Shown in pieces: positions 10,325 to 20,555 of a DNA stretch of 64,000 nucleotides. Both the position numbers and the translations under genes were made by a program. The stretch's first letter is position 1. Each line of letters begins with the position of its first letter. Under the pieces are notes generated by a model. It searched no databases. It saw only the letters and a list, made by a program, of their open reading frames with translations, and was not told the DNA's origin. Source of the DNA: a bacterium (GTDB lineage: Bacteria; Zhuqueibacterota; Zhuqueibacteria; Zhuqueibacterales; Zhuqueibacteraceae); contig JBIOXB010000239.1 in NCBI GenBank assembly GCA_044869275.1, forward strand, positions 18,843 to 82,842, written 5' to 3'.

Positions 10325-12616
10325 ATGCAAAACAAAGCGCCTTACACAGCCCCTAACCTACCGCTAGAAGAGCGCGCCGCCGATTTGCTTTCGCGCATGA
10401 CGCTCGAAGAAAAAGCTGCCCAGATGGTTGGCGTTTGGCAGGGCAAGAGCACGACCTTGGTGGATGAGACGGGCGACTTCGATTTCGAAAAAGCCAGAGC
10501 GCATTACAAAGACGGGCATGGCCTGGGCCAGGTCGGCCGGCCCAGCGACGCGGGCGGCGGAAGAAATGCGAGACAGCAAGCCGAGCTGACCAACGCCATA
10601 CAGAAGTTTTTTATTGAAAACAGCCGGCTCGGAATCCCCGTCATCTTTCATGAAGAGTGTTTGCATGGGCAAGCGGCGCCGGAAGGCACGAGTTTTCCGC
10701 AGCCCATCGGTCTCGGCGCCACGTTCGATCCCGACCTGGTGCGCCGGCTGTTTGAAATGACGGCGGAAGAAGCCCGGGCACGCGGAACGCATCAAGCCTT
10801 GACGCCGGTGGTGGACGTTGCCCGCGAGCCGCGCTGGGGACGCGTGGAAGAAACTTATGGCGAAGACCCTTATTTGGTTTCGCGCCTGGGCATTGCCGCG
10901 GTGCAAGGCTTTCAAGGCGACGGCACTTTCAAGAATAAGAAAAGCGTCATCGCCTGCCTTAAACATTTCGCGGCGCACGGGCAACCGGAATCGGGCACTA
11001 ATTGCGCGCCGGCAAATGTTTCCGAACGCCTGCTGCGTGAGGTCTTTCTCTATCCCTTCGAGCAGGCTATACAAAAAGGCGGGGCCTTGAGCGTGATGGC
11101 TTCATACAATGAGATCGACGGCGTTCCCTCCCACGCCAATCGCTGGCTGTTGCGCAAGATGCTGCGCGAAGAGTGGGGGTTCAAAGGATTCGTGGTTTCT
11201 GATTACTATGCCATTCGCGAGCTGAACGAGCGGCCGGATTTTTTCGGCCACCACCTCGCTCAAAATGGAAAAGAGGCCGCACTCCTGGCCGTGCGCGCGG
11301 GCGTGAACATCGAATTGCCGGAGCCGGATTGCTACACGCATCTCGTCGAATTGGTGCGTGAAGGCCGTTTGGATGAAGCGATACTCGATGAGCTTGTCGA
11401 AAGCATGCTCATCTGTAAACTCAGGCTCGGCCTGTTCGACGATCCCTACGTTGATCCTGAAGCCGCGGAAAGAATTGTCGGAAGCGAGATCAATCGCAAG
11501 TTGGCGCTACAAGCGGCGCGCAAGACTATCACTCTCCTTAAAAACGAGCAAAATATAGCGCCGCTCGACCTCAGAAAAATCAAGACGCTCGCCGTCATCG
11601 GCCCGAACGCCGATCGCGAGCTTTTGGGTGGATACAGCGGCAAGCCGAAACATGTTTCGACTGTGCTCAGCGGTATTCGCGAGCACGCCGGCAATGCAGT
11701 AAAAGTTCTATATCACGAAGGATGCAAAATCACTATCGGCGGATCGTGGCAACAAGATGAGGTGGTACCGAGCGACCCCGAATCCGATCGCCAGAGCATC
11801 GCGGAAGCAGTAAAAGTCGCACAGCAAGCGGATGCCATCGTGCTGGCGCTCGGTGGCAACGAGCAAACCTCACGCGAGGCCTGGGCTCTGAATCACCTGG
11901 GCGATCGCGCGGATCTGGAGATGGTGGGCCGGCAAGATGAGCTCGTCAATGCCCTCGCGGCGCTGGGCAGACCAATGATCGCTTTTCTCTTCAACGGCAG
12001 GCCGCTCGCGGTGCGCAATCTCTGCGAAAAAGTGCCGGTGCTTTTTGAATGCTGGTATTTAGGTCAGGAAACCGGCAAGGCCGTGGCCGAGGTGCTGTTC
12101 GGGGATGCCAACCCCGGCGGCAAGCTGCCCATCACGATTCCACGCTCGGTCGGGCATATTCCAGCCTATTACAACTACAAACCCTCGGCGCGCCGTGGTT
12201 ATCTCTTCGAATCGGTTGAGCCTCTCTTTGCATTCGGTTACGGCCTGAGTTATACGCAGTTTCGGTTCGGCGCACCTCGTTTGGAGAAGTCAGTGATGCG
12301 GTCGGATGAATCCACCCGCGTGCTCGTGGAGGTCACGAACATGGGTCATGTTTCCGGCGATGAAGTCGTGCAAATGTATATTCGTGACCGCGTGAGCTCA
12401 GTGACGCGTCCGGTCAAAGAGTTGAAGGGATTTCAGCGCATCACCCTGGCACCGGGCGAAACGAAAACCGTAGCGCTGGAAATTGCGCCGGAGCATTTGG
12501 CGTTTTATGATATCGACATGAATTATGTCGTGGAGCCGGGCGAGTTCGACATCATGGTGGGAAATTCATCCAGAGACAGAGATTTGCGGAGAATCGTGCT
12601 GAGCATCGAGGCGTAA
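10325..12616 (+). CDS. GH3 beta-xylosidase/beta-glucosidase with C-terminal Fn3-like domain (no signal peptide)
   Basis: SRLGIPVIFHEECLHG, REPRWGRVEETYGEDP, KHFAAHG, VVSDY, FGYGLSYT, EVVQMYIRD; start uncertain (10256-10325). Confidence 0.93.
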   Translation: MQNKAPYTAPNLPLEERAADLLSRMTLEEKAAQMVGVWQGKSTTLVDETGDFDFEKARAHYKDGHGLGQVGRPSDAGGGRNARQQAELTNAIQKFFIENSRLGIPVIFHEECLHGQAAPEGTSFPQPIGLGATFDPDLVRRLFEMTAEEARARGTHQALTPVVDVAREPRWGRVEETYGEDPYLVSRLGIAAVQGFQGDGTFKNKKSVIACLKHFAAHGQPESGTNCAPANVSERLLREVFLYPFEQAIQKGGALSVMASYNEIDGVPSHANRWLLRKMLREEWGFKGFVVSDYYAIRELNERPDFFGHHLAQNGKEAALLAVRAGVNIELPEPDCYTHLVELVREGRLDEAILDELVESMLICKLRLGLFDDPYVDPEAAERIVGSEINRKLALQAARKTITLLKNEQNIAPLDLRKIKTLAVIGPNADRELLGGYSGKPKHVSTVLSGIREHAGNAVKVLYHEGCKITIGGSWQQDEVVPSDPESDRQSIAEAVKVAQQADAIVLALGGNEQTSREAWALNHLGDRADLEMVGRQDELVNALAALGRPMIAFLFNGRPLAVRNLCEKVPVLFECWYLGQETGKAVAEVLFGDANPGGKLPITIPRSVGHIPAYYNYKPSARRGYLFESVEPLFAFGYGLSYTQFRFGAPRLEKSVMRSDESTRVLVEVTNMGHVSGDEVVQMYIRDRVSSVTRPVKELKGFQRITLAPGETKTVALEIAPEHLAFYDIDMNYVVEPGEFDIMVGNSSRDRDLRRIVLSIEA

Positions 12617-12718
12617 TGCGACTTTCAAGTCGCATGCGAAAAAGGCAAAACAATTGATGGCACAAATGATGAGTATGCGCCTTTTCCTTTCAAAAATGTC
12701 ATTCTGGAAGAATCATGT

Positions 12719-12826
12719 TGTGTGAAAACTTGGGAATGCCGTACCCTGAGCTTGTCGAAGGGTGCTAAGTTCAAAAATCCGGCTTCGACAAGCTCAGCCG
12801 GCGTTGGAACCAAGCGTTTTCACACA
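12719..12826. repeat. Nested palindromic REP/MITE-like element
   Basis: Outer IR tgtgtgaaaac/gttttcacaca; inner perfect 15-bp IR ctgagcttgtcgaag (12746)/cttcgacaagctcag (12783). Confidence 0.75.
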
Positions 12827-12905
12827 GTCTGAATCTTTTTCAGTACCTGGCGCACAGCCCGAATCGGCCGAAACCTATTTGCCGAAAAAAATCGTAGGTA
12901 ACGAC

Positions 12906-15785
12906 ATGCTTGAGTTTTTCGCTGTGGCATTCTTCTTTTCAGCCTCACAAACTGCGGTAGCCGTTAACCGCGACTCCTATATCTCCACCACAAACGGCAA
13001 GGGCCGCTTTACCCTCTCCGCTTCAGGCAATTCTGCGCCGTTGTGTGCCAGTGCCCAAGACTATCCGGGCGTCATACGGGTATTGCAGCACCTGCAGACC
13101 GACATTGGCAGAGTGACGAATTTCAAACCTGAGATTTATATTGACAAGATCCCCGCAGCAAAAGAGATCATATTGGCGGGCACGCTGGGCAAAAGTCCGG
13201 TGATCGACAAGCTGGTGCAATCGAAGAAACTCGACGTGGCGAGCATTGCAGGGCGTTGGGAAACGTTTTTGCTGCAGGTGGTGGAAAAGCCGCAGCCTGG
13301 AATCGATCGCGCATTGGTCATCGCCGGCAGCGACAAACGCGGCACAATCTTCGGCATTTATGATCTCGCGGCACAGATCGGCGTTTCGCCCTGGTATTGG
13401 TGGGCAGATGTGCCGGTTAAGAAAAAGTCCAGTATATATGTATTGCCCGGCCGGTACACGACCGGCGAACCTGCCGTGAAGTATCGCGGGATATTTATCA
13501 ATGACGAGAATCCGGCGCTGCTGGGATGGGTCAACAAGACCTTCGGCGGCTTCAATCATCATTTTTATGAGCGCGTGTTCGAGCTCATTTTGCGCATGAA
13601 GGGCAATTTTCTCTGGCCCGCGATGTGGGGCAAAGCGTTTTATGATGACGACTCGCTCAACGCGCCGCTGGCAGATGAATACGGCGTGGTGATGAGCACC
13701 TCCCATCACGAGCCAATGATGCGTGCGCACGTCGAATGGCAGCGTTACGGCTCCGGGCCGTGGAATTATGAGAAAAACGCAGCGAAACTGCGCGAGTATT
13801 GGACGGCAGGCATCAAGCGCATGAAAAATTACGAGAGCATCGTCACGCTTGCCATGCGCGGCGATGGCGACGAGCCGATGACGGAAGCAGCGAATATCGC
13901 GTTGTTGCAGAGCATCGTTAAGGACCAGCGTGAAATCCTTGCGGAAGTCACTCGTAAAGAAGTGACGAGTATTCCGCAAGTTTGGGCGCTCTACAAAGAA
14001 GTGCAGGAGTATTATGATAAAGGCATGCGCGTGCCCGATGAGGTCACGCTGTTATTGTGCGACGACAATTGGGGGAACATTCGCAAGCTTCCCCAACGCG
14101 AGGAAAAGCTACGCCCCGGCGGTTACGGCATTTACTACCACTATGACTACGTCGGCGGACCCAGAAACTATAAATGGCTGAACACGAATCAAATTTCCCG
14201 CGTGTGGGAGCAGATGCACCTCGCCTACCGCTATGGCGCGAACCGCATCTGGATCGTCAACGTCGGCGATATCAAGCCCATGGAGTTTCCAATCGAATTC
14301 TTTTTGGATTATGCGTGGAATCCCGAACAATGGCCGGCCGAGCGATTGCCCGAGTACACTCAGCTTTGGGCGGAACGGCAATTCGGCTCTGAACACGCGA
14401 AAGATATTGCCGATATTTTAACCCAATACACAAGATATAATTCGCGTCGCAAGCCCGAGCTGCTCGCGCCGGACACCTACAGCTTGGTTGATTACCGTGA
14501 AGCTGAAACCGTGGTTGCTGAATACAACGAGTTGGCCGGGCGCGCACAGCGCATCAGTGATGGACTGCCTGCCGAATCCAAAGATGCTTTTTATCAGCTC
14601 GTTCTGCATCCTGTGCAGGCCTGTGCGAATTTGAATGAGCTTTATGTCACAGTTGGCAAGAATCGCTTATACGCGCAACAAGGAAGAGCCGCCACAAACA
14701 CGCTTGCCGAGAGAGCGAAGACTTTATTTAAAGAAGATGAAGACCTCACGCATTACTACAATAACGTGATGGCCAGCGGCAAGTGGGCTCACATGATGGA
14801 TCAGACGCACATCGGTTACACCTATTGGCAGCAACCGGAAAAGAATGCAATGCCCGAAATCAAGGAGATTGCTGTTCCCGCAGCGGGAGAATTGGGCGTT
14901 GCGATCGAAGGCTCCGCGCAATGGTGGCCAAATGAAAAAAGCGAAGCCGTGCTGCCTGAATTCGATCCGTATCAACAACAGATCTATTACCTCGAGATAT
15001 TCAATCGCGGACAAACGCCTTTTGAGTATTCGGTGCAGACCGGCGAGCCGTGGGTCAAGATTGATCTTGCAAAGGGAAGAATCGAAACAGAGAAACGTTT
15101 GTGGATAAGTATTGATTGGAAGCAGGCGCCAAGCGGCAAGCATCGCGTTCCAATTGCGATTGCCGGCCCCGAGAATAGCCGCGTCGTGGTGCAGGCGATG
15201 ATCAATAATCCTTCATCTCCTAAAAAGGACGAGATCACCGGCTTTGTTGAGAGCAATGGCTACGTTTCAATTGAAGCGGAACATTTTACTCGTGCGGTGG
15301 CACCTTCGCCCATCAAGTGGCAACGCATTCCGGATCTGGGGCGCACGCTCTCGGCGATGTCGCCTGTCCCCGTAACTTCTACGCCTCAAACGCCGAAAGA
15401 AAACGGCGCGCGATTGGAATATCAGTTATATTTCTTTGAGGACGGCGAAGTATCGATCAAAGCATACCTCTCCCCTACCCTGAATTTTCATAATACCCAA
15501 GGGCTACGTTACGCCGTTTCATTCGACGAGGAATCGCCGCAAATCGTGAATATGCACGCGAACAAGACTTTTCAGGACTGGGAAGAGTCCGTGCGCAACA
15601 ATGTCACCGTTGCGGTTTCGAAGCATAAGCTCAATGAACGAGCGAAACATGTTTTGAAATTCTGGATGGTCGATCCCGGCGTGGTGTTGCAAAAGCTGGT
15701 GATCGAAACCGGGGAGGTCAAGCCGAGTTATTTGGGACCGCCGGAGAGTTATTATGGCGCTGGGAAAACCCAGGCAGAGAAATAG
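12906..15785 (+). CDS. GH115 xylan alpha-1,2-glucuronidase
   Basis: LVIAGSDKRGT, GVSPWYWWADVP, VKYRGIFINDE, LWPAMW, TSHHEPMMR, DDNWGN, WIVNVGDIKPME, SYLGPPES; ORF track start 12762 lies inside a repeat. Confidence 0.95.
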   Translation: MLEFFAVAFFFSASQTAVAVNRDSYISTTNGKGRFTLSASGNSAPLCASAQDYPGVIRVLQHLQTDIGRVTNFKPEIYIDKIPAAKEIILAGTLGKSPVIDKLVQSKKLDVASIAGRWETFLLQVVEKPQPGIDRALVIAGSDKRGTIFGIYDLAAQIGVSPWYWWADVPVKKKSSIYVLPGRYTTGEPAVKYRGIFINDENPALLGWVNKTFGGFNHHFYERVFELILRMKGNFLWPAMWGKAFYDDDSLNAPLADEYGVVMSTSHHEPMMRAHVEWQRYGSGPWNYEKNAAKLREYWTAGIKRMKNYESIVTLAMRGDGDEPMTEAANIALLQSIVKDQREILAEVTRKEVTSIPQVWALYKEVQEYYDKGMRVPDEVTLLLCDDNWGNIRKLPQREEKLRPGGYGIYYHYDYVGGPRNYKWLNTNQISRVWEQMHLAYRYGANRIWIVNVGDIKPMEFPIEFFLDYAWNPEQWPAERLPEYTQLWAERQFGSEHAKDIADILTQYTRYNSRRKPELLAPDTYSLVDYREAETVVAEYNELAGRAQRISDGLPAESKDAFYQLVLHPVQACANLNELYVTVGKNRLYAQQGRAATNTLAERAKTLFKEDEDLTHYYNNVMASGKWAHMMDQTHIGYTYWQQPEKNAMPEIKEIAVPAAGELGVAIEGSAQWWPNEKSEAVLPEFDPYQQQIYYLEIFNRGQTPFEYSVQTGEPWVKIDLAKGRIETEKRLWISIDWKQAPSGKHRVPIAIAGPENSRVVVQAMINNPSSPKKDEITGFVESNGYVSIEAEHFTRAVAPSPIKWQRIPDLGRTLSAMSPVPVTSTPQTPKENGARLEYQLYFFEDGEVSIKAYLSPTLNFHNTQGLRYAVSFDEESPQIVNMHANKTFQDWEESVRNNVTVAVSKHKLNERAKHVLKFWMVDPGVVLQKLVIETGEVKPSYLGPPESYYGAGKTQAEK

Positions 15786-15818
15786 AATCTTCTGATGACG
15801 CCGGTGAAGAATACAAAA

Positions 15819-17099
15819 ATGAGCGAGACGCAAGGAAACTGGGCAGGCAATTACACCTACAACGCCGCGAGATGGCATCGTCCCAAAACCATCGAGCAGG
15901 TGCAGGAGCTGGCCATGCGCTGCCGCAAACTGAAGGTGATCGGCACACGGCACGCCTTCAATAGCATTGCAGACACGCCCGAGGACGTCATCTCGCTGGA
16001 GCATTTCGACCGCGTGGTGGGTTTAGACCGCAAGCGCCGCACGGTGACGGTGGAAGCGGGCATTCGGTATGGGCAACTTTGCCGCTATCTTCAGGAACAA
16101 GGCTATGCGCTTCACAACCTGGCGTCGTTGCCGCATATTTCCGTCGCCGGCGCCTGTGCGACGGCAACGCACGGCTCCGGAGATCACAATGGCAATCTCG
16201 CGACGATCGTAGCGGCGATGGAAATGGTTACGGCCAACGGCGAGGTGGCGCTGTTATCACGCGAACGCGACGGCGAGCGATTTCAGGGCGCGGTCGTCGG
16301 GCTTGGCGGACTCGGCGTGGTCACGAAACTTACGCTTGATATTCTTCCAACGTTTGATATGCGCCAGTGCGTGTACGAGAATTTGCCGCTCGCGCGTCTG
16401 GAAAATGATTTCGATGCGATTCTCTCCAGCGCATACAGCGTTAGTCTTTTCACGGATTGGCAGAGCGGCCGGATCAACCAAGTCTGGTTGAAGCGCCGTA
16501 TTGCAGAGAACGCGCCGTTTGTGCCGGAGTCGGAATTTTTCGGAGCCCAGCTCGCCCCACGCCGGCTTCATCCCATCGCAGGTCATCCCGCAGAGAATTG
16601 CACCGAGCAGATGAGCGTCCCTGGTCCCTGGCATGAACGGCTGCCACACTTTCGCATGGATTTTACGCCAAGCAGCGGTGAAGAATTGCAAACGGAGTAC
16701 TTTGTGCCGCGCCAACATGCACTCGCAGCGCTGGGTGCGATCTCTCGTTTGCGAGACCAAGTGGCGCCGCTCCTGCAAATTTCTGAAGTGCGCACCATTG
16801 CCGCGGACAGTTTGTGGATGAGCCCCTGTTACCAGCAAGCCTGTATCGGCATCCACTTTACTTGGAAGAAAAATTGGGAGGCGGTCAGAAATCTGCTCCC
16901 GCTGATCGAAGAACAACTCGCGCCGTTCCATGCCCGCCCGCATTGGGGCAAGTTGTTCACGATGTCACCGGCACACCTGCAATCGCTCTACGAGAAATTG
17001 CCGGGCTTTCAAGACTTGCTCCGGTTCTACGATCCAGAAGGCAAATTCCGGAATGCGTTTCTTGACACGTACATTTTAGAGACGATGCGGACTACGTAA
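15819..17099 (+). CDS. FAD-linked alditol/xylitol oxidase (AldO/XyoA-like, ALO family)
   Basis: NWAGN, GTRHAFNSIADT, NLASLPHISVAGACATATHGSG, PWHERLPHFR, ARPHWGKLF. Confidence 0.9.
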   Translation: MSETQGNWAGNYTYNAARWHRPKTIEQVQELAMRCRKLKVIGTRHAFNSIADTPEDVISLEHFDRVVGLDRKRRTVTVEAGIRYGQLCRYLQEQGYALHNLASLPHISVAGACATATHGSGDHNGNLATIVAAMEMVTANGEVALLSRERDGERFQGAVVGLGGLGVVTKLTLDILPTFDMRQCVYENLPLARLENDFDAILSSAYSVSLFTDWQSGRINQVWLKRRIAENAPFVPESEFFGAQLAPRRLHPIAGHPAENCTEQMSVPGPWHERLPHFRMDFTPSSGEELQTEYFVPRQHALAALGAISRLRDQVAPLLQISEVRTIAADSLWMSPCYQQACIGIHFTWKKNWEAVRNLLPLIEEQLAPFHARPHWGKLFTMSPAHLQSLYEKLPGFQDLLRFYDPEGKFRNAFLDTYILETMRTT

Positions 17100-17262
17100 T
17101 ATTGTATAGAGTACTACGGTGCCGGTTCCATCGCGGCGCATGTGCAAAAGCATGGTCATTAAGAAGGATTGATGAAACCTCATGCGAAGTAAGAGATGCA
17201 CTGATTCCTTGACTGCCAGGGCAGGAAGACAACGAGTTTTTTCCTTATGCCTTGGTGTCTTC

Positions 17263-18081
17263 ATGGTAAAATTTGGCCGCGGCTCGGCTGGATTGAGCTT
17301 ATTTATCTTTTTATTGGCATTTGGATCTACAGTAAACGCACAAGAGAAAGGCCTGTGGCATGGGAAAAAGTGCGCAGTTTCCCTCACATATGATGACGCT
17401 CTCAATGTGCATTTGGATCATGTCGTCCCGATTTTGGATTCCCTGGGTTTGAAGGGCACATTTTATTTGTCCGGATATTTCCCGGCCTTTCGAGAACGCA
17501 TGACGGAATGGAAAGCGGTGGCAAGCCACGGACATGAGCTGGGCAATCATACCTTATTTCATCCGTGCACGGGAAAGTTGCCGGGCAGAGAATGGGTGAA
17601 GCCCGATTATGATCTGGAAAATTACACGATGTCACGATTGCTCGATGAAATCAAAATGGCCAACACCTTGCTCGAAGCCATCGACGGCAAAACGAAAAGG
17701 TCATTTGCCTACCCTTGCGGCGATACCAAGGTTGGGGATTCCTCGTATGTGGAAAAAATCAAAGAGGAGTTCGTCGCTGCGCGAGGCGTGAAAGGAGAGA
17801 TGCCCCAAATACACGAAATTGATTTGTACAATGTCGGGGCCTATGTCGTAAGCGGGCAATCGGGCGAAGAACTCATGGGTTCGGTAAAGCAAGCAATGGA
17901 AAGAAATGCTCTGATCGTTTTTCTTTTTCATGGCGTCGGCGGAGAGCATGCTCTCGATGTCTCGTTAAGTGATCATCGGAAACTTTTGCATTTTCTAAAG
18001 CAATATGAAAAGGATATTTGGATTGCTCCTTTTATAGACATAGCTGAACATGTTAAGGAACAAAATGACATGAAAAAGTGA
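17263..18081 (+). CDS. Polysaccharide deacetylase (CE4/NodB-like) family protein
   Basis: VSLTYDDA, GHELGNHTLFHPC, FAYPCG, FLFHGVGG; signal peptide; start uncertain. Confidence 0.85.
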   Translation: MVKFGRGSAGLSLFIFLLAFGSTVNAQEKGLWHGKKCAVSLTYDDALNVHLDHVVPILDSLGLKGTFYLSGYFPAFRERMTEWKAVASHGHELGNHTLFHPCTGKLPGREWVKPDYDLENYTMSRLLDEIKMANTLLEAIDGKTKRSFAYPCGDTKVGDSSYVEKIKEEFVAARGVKGEMPQIHEIDLYNVGAYVVSGQSGEELMGSVKQAMERNALIVFLFHGVGGEHALDVSLSDHRKLLHFLKQYEKDIWIAPFIDIAEHVKEQNDMKK

Positions 18082-18124
18082 AGGCTCTTCACTCAAACAA
18101 AAACCGCTATCAGGAGAATATGCT

Positions 18125-20539
18125 TTGAATAGAATTTCACCGATCATCTTGCCCTTTATAGGGTTGTTGGTCACTTGTGTGCTCGATCATACTTCGGGGC
18201 AAAATAACCATAGCTTCACCAACCCCATCCTGGCCGGCTTCTATCCCGATCCCAGCATTTGCCGGGTGGGCAGTGACTACTATTTGGTGACCTCTTCGTT
18301 TTCCTATTTCCCCGGCATCCCGATTTTTCACAGCAAGGATTTGGCAAATTGGAAGCAGATTGGGCACATCATGGATCGGCCGGAGCAATTGGATTTGGAC
18401 GGACTCGGGGTTTCACGCGGCATCTTTGCACCGGCAATCCGATACAATAATGGCGTGTATTATGTGACCTGCACCTTGGTCGATAAGGGCGGCAACTTCG
18501 TGGTCACTTCCAAAAGAGCCGAAGGGCCGTGGTCAAATCCGGTTTGGATACCTCAGATCAACGGCATTGATCCTTCGATGTTCTTTGATGACAATGGCAA
18601 AGCTTACATCATTTACAATAGCGTTGCTCCAGATGACAAGCCGCGGTATGAGGGCCATCGCACGCTGAGAATGTATCAATTCGATGTCGCCAATCTTAAA
18701 GTGATGGGCGACGAAATCCTGCTCGTCAATGGCGGCGTCGATCTTGCCAAAAAACCTATTTGGATCGAAGCCCCCCATATTTTTCAAAAGGACGGGTTCT
18801 ATTATTTGATCGCTGCGGAAGGTGGCACCGCTGATCGACACTCCGAAGTCGTATTCAGAAGCAAGAATGCCGCCGGGCCCTATGCTCCCTACGAGCGCAA
18901 TCCTATTCTCACGCAAAGACATTTGGATCCGAAAAGAAAGTATGCCATTACCTCCACCGGGCATGCGGATTTTGTTGAGACCGAGAGCGGCGATTGGTGG
19001 GCGGTGTTTTTAGGATGCCGGCCATATCCGCCGTATGAAGAGAATTATTACAATACCGGGAGAGAAACCTTTTTGGCACCGGTGAAATGGCAAAACGGCT
19101 GGCCGGTGATCAATTCAGATCATGAAGTAGTGCAATATCATTATCCGCTGCCGCTCAAACCGGCGCAAGCATCCGGGGCAGTTCCGCATAGTGAAAATTT
19201 TCAATTCAGAGATGAATTTGATGCGGAAGCGTTGAATTACAACTGGGTATTCTTGCGAACGCCGCGCGCGAAATGGTACGACCTGCAAACTCGAAAAGGC
19301 ATTTTAACCATGCAGTTGCGGCCGGAAGTGTGCTCGGGAAATCTGAATCCAAGTTTTCTGGGACATCGCCAGCAACATTCGCAGGGCTCTGCCAGCGTTG
19401 CAATTGACTTTTCCCCGAAAGCAGAAAATGAGAAAGCCGGTTTGTTGATCTTTCAAAACGAGAAGCATTTCTATTTCTTGTGCAAATCGTTGGACCGCAA
19501 TGTCGCAACCATTCAGCTTTACAAGTCGGGCGATCAGCACATGGAGCAGTTGGCTGCGCAAGCACTCACGAATGAGCAAAGGGAAAGAACATTGCATTTA
19601 AGAATTGCGGCTCGCGGCGATACTTACTCGTTTTCGTTTGCCGTCGATCCCACCCAATGGCTGCTGCTGCGAGAAAATGTGGATGGACGCTTCTTAAGCA
19701 CCAGAGTCGCGGGCGGATTTGTGGGGTGCGTGTACGCTTTGTATGCGACTTCGCTCGGCGAGCCGAGCGAAAACAATGCGCACTTCGATTGGTTTGAGTA
19801 TTCCGGCAATGCCTTGATCGCCCAGAGCGATTCTTTGGAATCCAATGTTTACCGGTGGCGTGGCTTGCAGGTCGAAAAATCGGAAGCGCGCGACCGGCGG
19901 CAGATTCTCAAAGGAAGCACGACCGATCTTGAATATTTGGAGATCCATGCCACAACCGTTGCTCCGAAGAAATCGCCGCACGCCAGCCATATTCATAATG
20001 ATACCGAAGAGCTTATCATTGTCAAAGAAGGTCAGCTGAAGGTCATGGTCACAGGGGAAAGCCAGGTACTCGGGCCGGGAAGCATCGCCCTGGCCATGCC
20101 GGGAGAACAACACGGCCTGGAAGATGCCGGTGACACCCCCGTTACCTATTACGTGTTTCGATACCGGTCCAAGCTTCCCGTTAATATCGAACGGGGAAAG
20201 AATGCCGGCGGCTCTTTCATGGTCAATTGGAATGAGGTCGCGATGCGGGAAACTCCTACGGGCGGTAGAAGACAACACTTCGATCGCGCCACCTCAATGT
20301 TTGACCGGTTCGAGATGCACGTCTCAACCCTCAACGCGGGATTGACGAATCACAAAACGCACACGCATCGCGCGGAAGAATTTGTTTTGATTATCAAAGG
20401 CGAAGTCGAGATGCAGATCGGCGATTCTTTTCAGCAAGCCTCCGCCGGCGATGTGATTTTTCTCGCTTCCGGAATCCCGCATGCGCTGCGCAATATTGGC
20501 AGCGAGCAGACTGAATATTTCGCTTTTCAATGGCAATAA
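18125..20539 (+). CDS. GH43 beta-xylosidase/alpha-L-arabinofuranosidase fused to a C-terminal bicupin
   Basis: NPILAGFYPDPSICRVG, GIFAP, GIDPS, WIEAPH, GRETFLAP; then two cupin motifs (PHASHIHNDTEEL; HKTHTHRAEE...PHALRN) from about 19811. Confidence 0.9.
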   Translation: MNRISPIILPFIGLLVTCVLDHTSGQNNHSFTNPILAGFYPDPSICRVGSDYYLVTSSFSYFPGIPIFHSKDLANWKQIGHIMDRPEQLDLDGLGVSRGIFAPAIRYNNGVYYVTCTLVDKGGNFVVTSKRAEGPWSNPVWIPQINGIDPSMFFDDNGKAYIIYNSVAPDDKPRYEGHRTLRMYQFDVANLKVMGDEILLVNGGVDLAKKPIWIEAPHIFQKDGFYYLIAAEGGTADRHSEVVFRSKNAAGPYAPYERNPILTQRHLDPKRKYAITSTGHADFVETESGDWWAVFLGCRPYPPYEENYYNTGRETFLAPVKWQNGWPVINSDHEVVQYHYPLPLKPAQASGAVPHSENFQFRDEFDAEALNYNWVFLRTPRAKWYDLQTRKGILTMQLRPEVCSGNLNPSFLGHRQQHSQGSASVAIDFSPKAENEKAGLLIFQNEKHFYFLCKSLDRNVATIQLYKSGDQHMEQLAAQALTNEQRERTLHLRIAARGDTYSFSFAVDPTQWLLLRENVDGRFLSTRVAGGFVGCVYALYATSLGEPSENNAHFDWFEYSGNALIAQSDSLESNVYRWRGLQVEKSEARDRRQILKGSTTDLEYLEIHATTVAPKKSPHASHIHNDTEELIIVKEGQLKVMVTGESQVLGPGSIALAMPGEQHGLEDAGDTPVTYYVFRYRSKLPVNIERGKNAGGSFMVNWNEVAMRETPTGGRRQHFDRATSMFDRFEMHVSTLNAGLTNHKTHTHRAEEFVLIIKGEVEMQIGDSFQQASAGDVIFLASGIPHALRNIGSEQTEYFAFQWQ

Positions 20540-20555
20540 AAATTATGGCAGAAAT

